A DNA stretch of 64,000 nt, from contig CAVZDU010000002.1 in the NCBI GenBank assembly GCA_963774265.1, forward strand, positions 160,001 through 224,000. Reading direction: 5' to 3'. The DNA comes from an uncultured Chloroflexia bacterium (lineage in GTDB: Bacteria; Chloroflexota; Anaerolineae; CG2-30-64-16). The position numbers and the translations under genes are program-made. Numbering within the stretch: position 1 is the first letter of the stretch; each line of letters begins with the position of its first letter. Below the pieces are notes generated by a model, which was given only the letters and a program-made list of their open reading frames with translations, had not been told where the DNA came from and ran no database searches. Shown one piece after another: positions 10,951 through 22,903 of the stretch.

Positions 10951-11451
10951 TCAACCTACCTTGTAACCGATTTTGCGGAGGAAGCCCTTCCGCCAGGCAA
11001 CACCGTCGGCATCCTCAAGGCCCTGTGTATGCAAGCCGTCAATCACGCCCAGGATGCCGCGGCCCTGCTCGCTTTCCGCCAGAATCACCTGGACAGGATT
11101 CGCGGTGGCGCAGAAGATGTTGGCCACCTCAGGCACGGCCTTGATTGAGTTCAGGATATTGATTGGAAACGCATCGCGCAGGAACAAAATGAACGAATGC
11201 CCGGCACCCAGGGCGAGAGCGTTACGCTCTGCCAACGCCCGGAGGCCAGCGTCCGTACCGCTAGATCGAACCAACGCAACGCCAGAGGACTCGCAGAACG
11301 CGAGGCCGAACTTCGCATTGGGAACGGCAGTGACGACTGCCTCGTGGATGTCTTCGACGGTCTTGATGAAATGACTCTGACCGAGGATGAAGTTCAGCTC
11401 CTCGGGGTTTTCGATCTGGACAAGCTTGAGTTGGAAAGCGATATCAGTCAT
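10951..11451 (-). CDS. Adenosine-specific kinase family protein (PAE2307-like)
   Basis: ILGQSHFIKTVED, FGLAFCESSG, CATANP, GRGILGVIDG. Confidence 0.85.
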   Translation of the reverse strand: MTDIAFQLKLVQIENPEELNFILGQSHFIKTVEDIHEAVVTAVPNAKFGLAFCESSGVALVRSSGTDAGLRALAERNALALGAGHSFILFLRDAFPINILNSIKAVPEVANIFCATANPVQVILAESEQGRGILGVIDGLHTQGLEDADGVAWRKGFLRKIGYKVG

Positions 11452-11462
11452 AGGATACCCTC

Positions 11463-12809
11463 TCAGATCATCAACATGGCCTGACTGCGAATATCACGCA
11501 GCCGCTTAATCATCTCCGCAGCGCCTTCATCCTCGCCCTGCGCCATCTCATCGGCCATCTGCCCGATCAGATCGAGCAACTCCGGCGTGACGGCCTCGCG
11601 ATTGTCCTGCAGAACCTGTCTCGTGCCGTCGGGATACGGCGCCATGACCAACTCGTTGATGAACTGCACCTCAGGCGGAGCGCTGGCCTGCATGAGGGTC
11701 ATGATCTCCTCGTAGATCATCCCCAGCCGGCTCATAAGCGCTTTGTCGCCCTTCTGCTCCGCGGCCTCCATATTGCGAGTAAGCACGCTGATGAATATGT
11801 CGTCAATTTCCTCGGCGTGTTCGTGCACTGCCGAACGCGGACTGGGTGAGTTGATGATCTCCTGGAGCAACTTAACGCTCTCCTCGATGCCTGCGCGGGT
11901 GGCCTGATCCAATTGCTGGGTCAGATCAAGCAGGCGATCGCGCAACTTCGTCAGGCGATCCTTCTCCGCGCCCTGTGCCGCATCCACGCGCCCTGTTAGA
12001 GACTCGAAGAACCTGTAGTCCAGCGCGGGCCGCGCGGCGAGCGCAATGGCCGACACCTCGTCTTCATCGCCGGCAACAATTTTATCCAGGAATTCCTCTG
12101 GACTCTTCAGGTCCTTTAGCGACTCGACCGCAACGCGCTGCTTCTGTGCGCGCTTGCCCCAAGTCGTCACGGGGAGCAGATTCTCACGCAACATCTCCAA
12201 CCGGCCCTTACTCTTCTCATCGCCTGTGGCGCTGGCCTGTTCCAGCATACCGCTCAGGATGCCGAAAAACTCGCCGTCAAGCTGGGCATCGTTGCCTTTG
12301 ATCATCATCAGGAGGCCTTTGGGATCATCCGCAAAGACCATCAGTTGCTCCACGAGTTTCGCCTTCTTGCGCTGCCGGTCAAGTTCCTCCTGGCTAATCC
12401 CCATCGTGCCATAGACCGCGTCGGTCAGGTTCTGGCGGCTCACGAACTGCCGAGGATTGAAAAAGTAACCCTTGCGTTGCTCTGGCGGTAAGGAACGCAT
12501 CAATGATTGCGTCAGCTCGCCGATCATCTTTTGCTTCTCAAGCTCAGGTATGTTGAGTTGCTGCGGGAAGTAGATCGCCAAGAACTCGGCCTTGGGATCG
12601 TGATAGACCAGCGGCACTTCGAGCATGATCGGCGTGTTGCACTTGGGGCATACGGCCACATTGAGCTGGCCCGAGAGGAAATAGCTGCGAAGCTCCGGGA
12701 CCGCGCCGACATCAATCATCGTGACGACGGGTGACGAATAAGCATTGCCGCACTGCGGACATTGGATGGGAACTTCGTTCCTTTGGGCGGTCTTATTGGG
12801 TTGGGTCAT
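11463..12809 (-). CDS. CpXC domain protein with helical C-terminal region
   Basis: CPQCG...GQLNVAVCPKC...PLVYHDP. Confidence 0.75.
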   Translation of the reverse strand: MTQPNKTAQRNEVPIQCPQCGNAYSSPVVTMIDVGAVPELRSYFLSGQLNVAVCPKCNTPIMLEVPLVYHDPKAEFLAIYFPQQLNIPELEKQKMIGELTQSLMRSLPPEQRKGYFFNPRQFVSRQNLTDAVYGTMGISQEELDRQRKKAKLVEQLMVFADDPKGLLMMIKGNDAQLDGEFFGILSGMLEQASATGDEKSKGRLEMLRENLLPVTTWGKRAQKQRVAVESLKDLKSPEEFLDKIVAGDEDEVSAIALAARPALDYRFFESLTGRVDAAQGAEKDRLTKLRDRLLDLTQQLDQATRAGIEESVKLLQEIINSPSPRSAVHEHAEEIDDIFISVLTRNMEAAEQKGDKALMSRLGMIYEEIMTLMQASAPPEVQFINELVMAPYPDGTRQVLQDNREAVTPELLDLIGQMADEMAQGEDEGAAEMIKRLRDIRSQAMLMI

Positions 12810-12855
12810 GCTGAAGGAGCGTCCTTTCAGAGAATGCGTTGCTTATGCGGACGAA

Positions 12856-14949
<2,094 letters not shown>

Positions 14950-14992
14950 TTATACTCTGAATGGAGGGAAGGACAAACAAAAGCGGCACGAA

Positions 14993-15841
14993 TCACAGCG
15001 GAAGCAGCATCTCCCATTGACGGACGCTTACATGAAAGCGCAGGGCAGCAAGTACACGGCTGAGTGGATCATCTGCAGGGACGTTCAAAATTCGCATCGC
15101 CAGGCCGGGATATAGCCGTGAAAGAGCCTGCAGCAGCGGCCGGCCCGCCCTCACCACTCCCGCCTCAGGATTGATGCCTACGTCAAGGATGGACAAGCCA
15201 TCAACGCGTGCCGATACGATGCAGTAGGCCGCCGGGTTGCCATCCAAATCCAGCGTATAGGCGCGTGCGCGGCCCAGCATCCTGCGCAGGGTCTCAGGCT
15301 CGCGCTGCCAACTCGGGGACTCTCTATGCCACGCCTCAAAGTACGGCAGGGGGGCATCGGGCGCCGCCTCGCACAGCAGCTCCTGGGGGATCGGCAGTGA
15401 ATCCGCGTCGGTCGGCAGCGACCAGGTCAGCAGTTCACGAATGTCGATGAAACCCAGGTCCCGATAGAGGCGGTGTGCCTTCTCGTTTTCGCTGATCACC
15501 TCCAGCTTAATGTTCCGGAGCTTCAGACGGCGTGCATTGTCGATGAGAGCCAACATCATGCGACGCGCAATCCCCATGCGTCGAGCCGCAGGCACCGTGC
15601 CCACCCCGCTGATCCAGCCGCGCTCCCCACGCCTCGACAACAACGCCATCCCGACAAGACGCCCTCTCTCCTCGGCGACCACCGACGCATCGACGTCGAC
15701 ATCATAGAGCAGATCCATCTGAGCAATCTGTTCTGCGTCGACGTGGAGGGGGATCATGTAGTCCGCGTAGGCAGCATTCATGCAATGAGCGCGCGCCTCG
15801 AACGAAGCACTACTTGCAGGACAATACTTGATTCGGGTCAT
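14993..15841 (-). CDS. GNAT-family acetyltransferase, probably leaderless
   Basis: ARRMGIA acetyl-CoA motif, LEVISENEKAHRLYRDLGF. Confidence 0.85.
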   Translation of the reverse strand: MTRIKYCPASSASFEARAHCMNAAYADYMIPLHVDAEQIAQMDLLYDVDVDASVVAEERGRLVGMALLSRRGERGWISGVGTVPAARRMGIARRMMLALIDNARRLKLRNIKLEVISENEKAHRLYRDLGFIDIRELLTWSLPTDADSLPIPQELLCEAAPDAPLPYFEAWHRESPSWQREPETLRRMLGRARAYTLDLDGNPAAYCIVSARVDGLSILDVGINPEAGVVRAGRPLLQALSRLYPGLAMRILNVPADDPLSRVLAALRFHVSVRQWEMLLPL

Positions 15842-15924
15842 GGGCCGATTATAACATGCCGGACGCTCGGTCTGTAGTCTGGCTCATTGCGCATGGCGGT
15901 TCGGACGTCTATAATCGGCTCACT

Positions 15925-17239
15925 ATGGAGACATCGGCGGGGTCACGTGTGGCAATAATCGAGCGTCGAACAGGATGGAGCGTCGTTCTCCGACGCCGCT
16001 CGTGGCTCGGGCTGCTGCTGTTCATTACCAGCCTCCTGATCCCCAGCGACGGCTACGTCGGGGAAGGTCGATTGAATTGGGCGATTTTGAGTGCTGTCTC
16101 CGGCGAGCGATTCGACCTCGTATCCTGGGAGATGCAGGCGATCGGACAGAAGGTGCGTGATCTGGTCCGGCCACCCGGTGCAGCGCTTTCGCCCGATGAA
16201 GAGCACGACCTCGTCCTGGAATATATGAGCGGCGTGCGTCGCAGCAACGAACTCTCGGGGGCAATCGAGGATGCAGCTGCGGGCGTAGGCGGGGGGGACC
16301 TGGTAACAAAGCAGGCGGAACTGCAAAATGAGCTGGACCAACTACGAGTATCTCAGGCGGCGCGCCGGCCCGCAGTCGAGCGCATACTTGAGGAACAAGT
16401 TGCGAGCGTGCTGCTTGAACTCGGCTTCACTACCGTTGGCAAGGTGTTCCCGCCAGTCAGCTTCCAGTTCACCGAAAGCCCCAATTTTCTGATCATTTCA
16501 CCCAGGGATCACATTCGCATCGAGGAAAGCGTACATCTCGACCCAACCATGCCCCTGGAAAAGATCCAAGAGATCGAAGACGAGGTGGCGACAAAGACGG
16601 ATCGCAGCACCCTCATCGAGGGCACGGGCGGTTTCTCATCCTACCCGACGATGGTGCTCCAATCCTCGTCACTGAGCTGGGTGATCGACACGGTTGCGCA
16701 TGAGTGGGCCCACACTTACCTGACGCTACGCCCGCTGGGGTGGAACTACAACAGCAGCGGGGGCATGCGCACGATCAACGAGACCGTCGCGTCAATCTTC
16801 GGCGGCGAAATCAGCCGGATGGTTATAGAGAAGTACTATCCAGACCTGACCGGGCCATTCTCGTGGCCGCGGCCCCTGTCTATGGCTCCGGACTGGCTGA
16901 GCACCAGGCCGGTGGAGCCGGCGTTTGAGTTCGGCGCATTCATGCGGGAAACGCGGCTGGAGGCGGACAAGTTGCTGGCGGCGGGCAAGGTCGCTGAGGC
17001 AGAACTCTACATGGAAGCGCGGCGGCTGGAACTGCTGGAGCAGGGTTACGGAATCCGCAAGCTGAATCAGGCCTATTTCGCTTTCCATGGTTCATATGCC
17101 GTGGGCACGAGTGCTACCGACCCAATCGGTGGCAAGCTGCCGCGCGTTGCGGCTGCGCGCTAGAAACCTGCCGGAGTTCGTGCGAATCGTCGCACGGTTC
17201 AACGATGCGACGGACCTGGATGCTGCACTAACTTCATAG
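15925..17239 (+). CDS. Membrane-anchored hypothetical protein with a zincin-like HExxH motif (apparent +1 frameshift at 17140)
   Basis: N-terminal TM, VAHEWAH...INETVA. Removing one C at 17140 extends the protein KLRALRLRARNLPEF...LTS* to 17239. Promoter TTGCGC-17-TATAAT at 15887-15915. Confidence 0.7.
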
Positions 17240-17267
17240 TCACCCGCCAGACCGCAACTTTGCTCCT

Positions 17268-18467
17268 TCAAGGCTTCTCGCGCGCCCTCGACACCCACGG
17301 TTCCTCTGGATCGTCCATGAGCGACGCGCGGCGAATGGCAGACGAACCGAACTTGGCGCGGATGCGGTCCAGCGCGGCGTCAAGTTGAGCCTGGCGGTGA
17401 TCCTCCTGCTCAAACAGGCGAAGCTGCCGGCCGGGCTGCACCAGGTTGGAGCCGCCGACGCCCACCAGACGCAGGGGACGGCGATCCCAGGCCTTTTCGA
17501 AGAGTGTGAGCACATGCGCGTAGATGACGGGACCGCTGTCCACGGGGTCAGCAGGGGTAGCCTGGCGGGTCAGGGTTGAGAAATCGCCGTAGCGCAGCTT
17601 AAGATTGATCGTCCGTGCCTGAAGATTATATCTACGCAGGCGCCACGCCACCTCGTCGCTCAGGCGGAGCAGCTCGCGGCGCAACACTTCAGGGTCACGG
17701 ATGTCACGCGCAAAGGTCTCTTCCCGGCTGATCGACTTGGCCTCGTGCTCCGGTGTGACTGGGCTATCATCGACCCCATGGCTGCCGCGGGACAGGCTCT
17801 CGCCCGCGGCAGCGCCAAAGCGTGCGATCAGTTCCTCACGTGGGACACGCGCCAAGTCACCCACGGTCGTGATATTCAAGCGCGCAAGTTCGCGGCCCAT
17901 CACCTCGCCCACGCCCCACAGTTTGCGAATAGGCAGCTGCGCCAGAAAAGCAGCCTCTTCACCCGGCGGGACGACGGTGATACCGTGCGGTTTGCGGAAG
18001 TCGCTCGCGACCTTGGCCAGCAACTTGTTTGAGGCCACACCAAGCGAGGCAGAGAGCTTCAGTTCGGCTTCGATGCGATCCTGGATCGTGCGGGCGAGCT
18101 GAGTCGGAGGCCCGTAGTGAGGTTCCGTACCCGTAACATCGAGGAACGCCTCATCGATAGAAATTGGCTCGAGGAGGGGCGTATAGTCGCCCAGAACAGC
18201 CATCACCCGATCGGACATCTCGGCGTAACGCCCGCGATGTCCGGAGACAACAATAAGTTGGGGACAGCGACGCAAAGCTTCAGCCGTAGGCATGGCTGAG
18301 TGAATGCCGAATTTCCGCGCCTCGTAGGAGGCCGATGCGACGACCCCGCGCACCTCCGGCCGACCACCAACGATCACCGGCTTGCCCGACAGAGAAGAGT
18401 CGTCCAGGCGCTCGACGGCGACGAAAAACGCGTCGAGATCGATGTGGATAATCGCGCGTTGCGGCAT
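17268..18467 (-). CDS. dinB: DNA polymerase IV
   Basis: HIDLDAFFVAVE, SYEAR, SIDEAFLD, KLWGVG. Confidence 0.95.
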   Translation of the reverse strand: MPQRAIIHIDLDAFFVAVERLDDSSLSGKPVIVGGRPEVRGVVASASYEARKFGIHSAMPTAEALRRCPQLIVVSGHRGRYAEMSDRVMAVLGDYTPLLEPISIDEAFLDVTGTEPHYGPPTQLARTIQDRIEAELKLSASLGVASNKLLAKVASDFRKPHGITVVPPGEEAAFLAQLPIRKLWGVGEVMGRELARLNITTVGDLARVPREELIARFGAAAGESLSRGSHGVDDSPVTPEHEAKSISREETFARDIRDPEVLRRELLRLSDEVAWRLRRYNLQARTINLKLRYGDFSTLTRQATPADPVDSGPVIYAHVLTLFEKAWDRRPLRLVGVGGSNLVQPGRQLRLFEQEDHRQAQLDAALDRIRAKFGSSAIRRASLMDDPEEPWVSRAREKP

Positions 18468-18515
18468 CTGAGTCCTGCCGGGGGTGACTACCTGACACCC
18501 CCGGACTCATCGAGT

Positions 18516-18986
18516 CTACTCTGGCTTGACCGCGGCGTAGATCAACCCGCCGAGCGCGCCAAGCGCCGCTCCCATGATCAAGCCCACGGGCAAACAACAC
18601 AGCCCGGCGATGCCGGTGATTGTGCCCGTGTTGAGAAATTGGCTGGGATCCAAGCCGGCTTGTTCGAATTGCTGCAACATCTCGGGCGGCAACCGGTTGA
18701 TAATCGCCGCCGTGCCACCCTGCGTCGCGAGAGCAACCGGCGTGAGGATCAGGCTAACGAGGCCGCTGGCAAGGCTGGCAATGAGACCTGCGAGCGCGCC
18801 CTGCCCCGCGGCAGGACCGGTATCGCGGCGGGGAAGCATCAACGCCGCGGCCAACCCACCCACGCCAAGGTAGGCCAGGAATTGCAGCGGAAAGGTCAGA
18901 CAGCTCAGGAAGGGTACCATATTCATGAGGCTGAGCACGATCATGATGCCAGCGCCGATCAGGCCTGCTTTCAACCAAGGTCTCAT
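18516..18986 (-). CDS. Hypothetical 4-TM membrane protein
   Basis: Hydrophobic ORF; AAGGAG RBS; upstream TTGACA-17-TATAGT. Confidence 0.7.
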   Translation of the reverse strand: MRPWLKAGLIGAGIMIVLSLMNMVPFLSCLTFPLQFLAYLGVGGLAAALMLPRRDTGPAAGQGALAGLIASLASGLVSLILTPVALATQGGTAAIINRLPPEMLQQFEQAGLDPSQFLNTGTITGIAGLCCLPVGLIMGAALGALGGLIYAAVKPE

Positions 18987-19155
18987 CACTCTCTCCTTGT
19001 GCAAAAATGGACGGTCATACAAGAGACTATAGCAGTCGAACGCGGCCTTGTCAACGCGTTCGGCGCCGCAGCTAGCACGACCACATCGCAATTGCGCCAC
19101 AATCGGGCGTCAGATATATAATCATTACTCGAATCTTAGTCAGGCGGTATCATCC

Positions 19156-20112
19156 ATGTCTGTTGCAAGCGAAGGCGACATCGTCCTTCTGGTCAGCCCC
19201 GACGGCAAGCATTACCTCATCCGGCTCAAGCCAGGTGACATGTGGTCTTCGCACAAGGGCAACATCTTCCACGACGATATCATCGGCAAGCCACTCGGCC
19301 GCACACTCTACACACACAGCGGTGCGGGATATCTGGCACTCGAGCCCTCGACTCACGATCTGATCCACGAGGTGCCGCGCACCACTCAGATTATTTACAG
19401 CAAGGATGCTGCACAAATCGCGCTGCGCCTCAGCCTGTATCCTGGCCGCACGATCGTGGAGGCCGGAACAGGCAGTGCAGGTCTCACCCTGGTCCTGGCG
19501 CGCGCGGTCATGCCAACAGGTCGCGTGTACAGCTATGAGACGCGCGCAGAGTCGTTCGATATGGCACACGATAACCTGGACGATCTGGGATTGCTTCCCT
19601 ACGTGACCCTCTACAACGAGGATATCTCCGGGGGATTTCACGAACGCGAAGTCGATGCGGTATTTCTGGACCTGCGCGAGCCCCAGTTATTCCTGGACAA
19701 TGCGTGGACCACCCTTAAGGGGAGCGGCTTTTTCGGTGCGTTGGTGCCGACGGCCAACCAGGCGATGGCGTTGATTGAGGGGTTGCAAGCGCGCCCCTTC
19801 GGTGACATCTTGATGGAAGAGATCTACCAGCGACCCTGGAAGACAGTCCCAGGCCGGCTGCGCCCCGAAGACCGGATGATCGCACACAGCGCATTCCTGA
19901 TTTTTGCGCGAAAGATCGAGGCGGGCGACGAGTCGCTCACCTGGATGCCAGACAAAAGGCGCCGTGCGTACAAGGGCAAGCTGGCAATGGCGGAACGGGA
20001 GAAGCAGGACGCCATGAACGCTGAGCTAAACAGCGCTGCTAACGAACGCAGGCACCCGAACCTGCCCCAAGATGTAATGCGAGAGGAAAACGACGAACAG
20101 AGCTCTCTCTGA
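19156..20112 (+). CDS. trmI: tRNA (adenine-N1)-methyltransferase
   Basis: TQIIYSKD, EAGTGSAGL, VFLDL, RPEDRMIAHSAF. Confidence 0.92.
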   Translation: MSVASEGDIVLLVSPDGKHYLIRLKPGDMWSSHKGNIFHDDIIGKPLGRTLYTHSGAGYLALEPSTHDLIHEVPRTTQIIYSKDAAQIALRLSLYPGRTIVEAGTGSAGLTLVLARAVMPTGRVYSYETRAESFDMAHDNLDDLGLLPYVTLYNEDISGGFHEREVDAVFLDLREPQLFLDNAWTTLKGSGFFGALVPTANQAMALIEGLQARPFGDILMEEIYQRPWKTVPGRLRPEDRMIAHSAFLIFARKIEAGDESLTWMPDKRRRAYKGKLAMAEREKQDAMNAELNSAANERRHPNLPQDVMREENDEQSSL

Positions 20113-20131
20113 TGTTTCGGTGATCGTCCGC

Positions 20132-21202
20132 CTATCCGTTTCGGCCGGCGGGGGATGCGGCGCGCCGCTTCATCACGCGTGCGCCCAGCAGACCCGCGCA
20201 CAGCAATGCGCTCACCCCGCCGAATAGCAGCCCCTGGGGCGGAGTCGAAGCGGCAGAATCCGGCGCAGTGGCCACCGGCGCAGCCGTGGCTCGTGGGCGC
20301 GGAGGAAGCGTTGACGACGGCGTGACGCTTGGGGTGGCGGTATCCTGGGGCGTCGGGGTGATCGTGGCTGTTGGGGTGTCGGTTGGCGTGGACGTTGGCG
20401 AAGGCGTGGCCGAAGCAGTCGGTTCGAGCGTGGCCGTTGCAGATGGCGCCGGAGTCGCCGTTGCCGGGCGACGAGTTGATGTAGCGGCCGCCGCTACCTC
20501 CTGAACTGGCGCCGGCGCAGGTGGTAGATCGGTCGGCAGGGCGACGACGGGAGCGGTGTCCTGGTACAAACCAACGGCGTCGATGAATATCTGGTTCGCG
20601 CCGGTCGAGTAGTTGTGATCGACCCACACATACACGGTGACTGTCGTTCCACGGGCCATGGCAGTCACGTCGATATTGGAGTGTTTGGGATTACGTACGC
20701 CGTCGGGATTGCTGTCGTTGAGCACCGTGCCCGGTCCACGATGCATGGGCCCCCAGACGATGTTCGGAGAGTTCGGGTCGGTCCCCCCGGTGGGGTCGAT
20801 ACCCAACCGCCGGCCAAACGCGTCGGGTTCCGTCGGTGCACCCCAGCCCATGGATGCACGATAGGTGGCGCCCGGCGTCAGTCCGCCCACCTGGGTGAAG
20901 ATGCCGGCGACAAATACACCGCCGTCGGACCATATCCGCAGGCTCGGTGCACCCCAGTAAGTGTCAACATGGGGATCCATGGAGAGGCCACCGGAGATCA
21001 CGAATGGCGTCCAGCCCGCTGGCGTCTGGCCTTGGGCTGAGGGCACGAACTGATCCATGCCGCAGTTTGGGATCAGGTTGCCGGGAGCGCACCCGTGGCC
21101 ACCAGGGCCGCTGGCATGTGACGGTGACTCGTGGGAAGTGAGGACAAGCAGGACGAGTAACACGACCGCCGTCCTGAAAAGAGTGTTCAGCGGTTTGATC
21201 AC
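20132..21202 (-). CDS. Secreted protein with Pro/Thr linker and C-terminal TM anchor
   Basis: Signal peptide, GIDPTGGTDP motif, PT-rich tract, TM followed by KRR; GTG start 6 nt after TATACT. Confidence 0.7.
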   Translation of the reverse strand: MIKPLNTLFRTAVVLLVLLVLTSHESPSHASGPGGHGCAPGNLIPNCGMDQFVPSAQGQTPAGWTPFVISGGLSMDPHVDTYWGAPSLRIWSDGGVFVAGIFTQVGGLTPGATYRASMGWGAPTEPDAFGRRLGIDPTGGTDPNSPNIVWGPMHRGPGTVLNDSNPDGVRNPKHSNIDVTAMARGTTVTVYVWVDHNYSTGANQIFIDAVGLYQDTAPVVALPTDLPPAPAPVQEVAAAATSTRRPATATPAPSATATLEPTASATPSPTSTPTDTPTATITPTPQDTATPSVTPSSTLPPRPRATAAPVATAPDSAASTPPQGLLFGGVSALLCAGLLGARVMKRRAASPAGRNG

Positions 21203-21238
21203 TGCACAAGTATAGCCCAGGAAGGATAAGGCGCCAAA

Positions 21239-22882
21239 ATGAGAAGGTTGAGAGAGGCAAAACTGATCATTAGCTTCGTAGCCATCGTCCTTGCGCTGTC
21301 CGCATGCCAACCCTTGCCTGTGTCAACTCCCTCAGGTGCAGCCGCTCCCACAGAGCCGCGGTCCGGTGGTGTGCTACGCTATGGACTCACTCTGCCAGTT
21401 TCCGGCATAGACCCCCATGTACACGCCAGCTCGGAGCTGACCATTGCGCTGAGCGGCGTGTATGATACGCTTGTGGTGCAGGCGCCTGATGGGACGTTTC
21501 ACCCCTCGTTGGCCGAAAGATGGGAAGTCAGCGAAGACGGCACAACTTACACATTCTTCCTCCGGAAGGGAGTGAAGTTCCACGATGGGACCCCCTTCAA
21601 TGCCGCGGCGGTCGCGGCGAACCTGGCACGCGTGGCTGACCCTGCGACCAAGTCGCAGAAGGCGGTCTTCCTGCTGGGTCCTTACGCCGGCTCCGAACAA
21701 ATCGACGAATATACCATCCGCATCAAGCTAACGAAGCCGTACTCACCGCTGGTTGATGGACTGAGCCAGACTTATTTGGGAATGGCCTCGCCCGCGGCGC
21801 TGGCTCAGTGGGGTGACCAATATCAGTTACACCAGGTGGGCACCGGCCCCTTCAGGTTCGTGAGTTATCAGGAGCGACAAACTCTCGTGATCGAACGCAA
21901 CCCAGATTATGCGTGGGCGCCTGCAATCCGGGGGCGGCAGGGACCTGCGTACATCGATCGGGTGGAGTTCCGCTTCTACGCAGATGCAGCAACGCGGCTT
22001 CCCGCGCTCCTTGCAGGCCAAGCCGACGTGATGGGCGAGCTGCCGACGACAGACGCGCAACAATTGGCTGGCGGCGCCAACGCGACGCGCTTCGGACTGT
22101 ATCCCGTGGCTATCCCAGGACAGTCTGTGCAGTTCTTCATGAATACCACAATGGCTCCACTGGATGACGTGCGCGTACGCCAGGCGCTGCTCTACCTGGC
22201 AGACCGTGCCGCGCTGGTGAAGGCGGTCTTTGGGGAGTACTCACCCGTTGCTACGGGCCCCCTCACCGCTGTGACGCGATGGGCACTCGGACCGGTCTTG
22301 AGCGCGCCCCCGTATCCCCACGATGAAGCCAAGGGCAAGGCACTGCTGGCTGAGGCGGGTTGGACCGACTCGAACGGCGACGGCGTGCTCGACAAGGGCG
22401 GAGATAAGCTGGTCCTAAAGGGCATTCTGATGAGCTGGGGCGAATTGCCCGCCATCGGGACAATCTTGCAGGCGCAGTGGAAGGCAGCCGGTGTCCAGTT
22501 GGACCTGGAGCAAATGCCCTACCCGGCCGCGCTGGAGGCAGGACGCAAGGGCACCCATCACCTGATCCCCTTCAGCAACTCCGGCACGGACGCCTCTCTG
22601 CTGCGGACGTTCTTTCACAGCACCAACATCGGGGGATTCAACTGGGCGCGGATTTCCGACACGTCCGTCGACGCGGCACTCGATGAGGCGGAGCGCCTGA
22701 GCAAGCCTGAGGAACGCGGCCAGCGCTATCTCGAAGTCCAACGTCGCGCAGTGGATCAGGCATGGATTCTGCCCGTACGCGATCCTGTGAACCTGAACGC
22801 CGCATCAAAGCGCGTCCAGGGGCTGGTCTATGACGTACAAGGGTGGGTTCCCGTACTCTACAACGCCTGGCTGAAGGAGTAA
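21239..22882 (+). CDS. Peptide/nickel ABC transporter substrate-binding lipoprotein
   Basis: Lipobox LSAC, LAERWEVSEDGTTYTFFLRKGVKFHDG, GTGPF. Confidence 0.92.
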   Translation: MRRLREAKLIISFVAIVLALSACQPLPVSTPSGAAAPTEPRSGGVLRYGLTLPVSGIDPHVHASSELTIALSGVYDTLVVQAPDGTFHPSLAERWEVSEDGTTYTFFLRKGVKFHDGTPFNAAAVAANLARVADPATKSQKAVFLLGPYAGSEQIDEYTIRIKLTKPYSPLVDGLSQTYLGMASPAALAQWGDQYQLHQVGTGPFRFVSYQERQTLVIERNPDYAWAPAIRGRQGPAYIDRVEFRFYADAATRLPALLAGQADVMGELPTTDAQQLAGGANATRFGLYPVAIPGQSVQFFMNTTMAPLDDVRVRQALLYLADRAALVKAVFGEYSPVATGPLTAVTRWALGPVLSAPPYPHDEAKGKALLAEAGWTDSNGDGVLDKGGDKLVLKGILMSWGELPAIGTILQAQWKAAGVQLDLEQMPYPAALEAGRKGTHHLIPFSNSGTDASLLRTFFHSTNIGGFNWARISDTSVDAALDEAERLSKPEERGQRYLEVQRRAVDQAWILPVRDPVNLNAASKRVQGLVYDVQGWVPVLYNAWLKE

Positions 22883-22903
22883 GACAGTCGGAATTGCCGT
22901 GCA

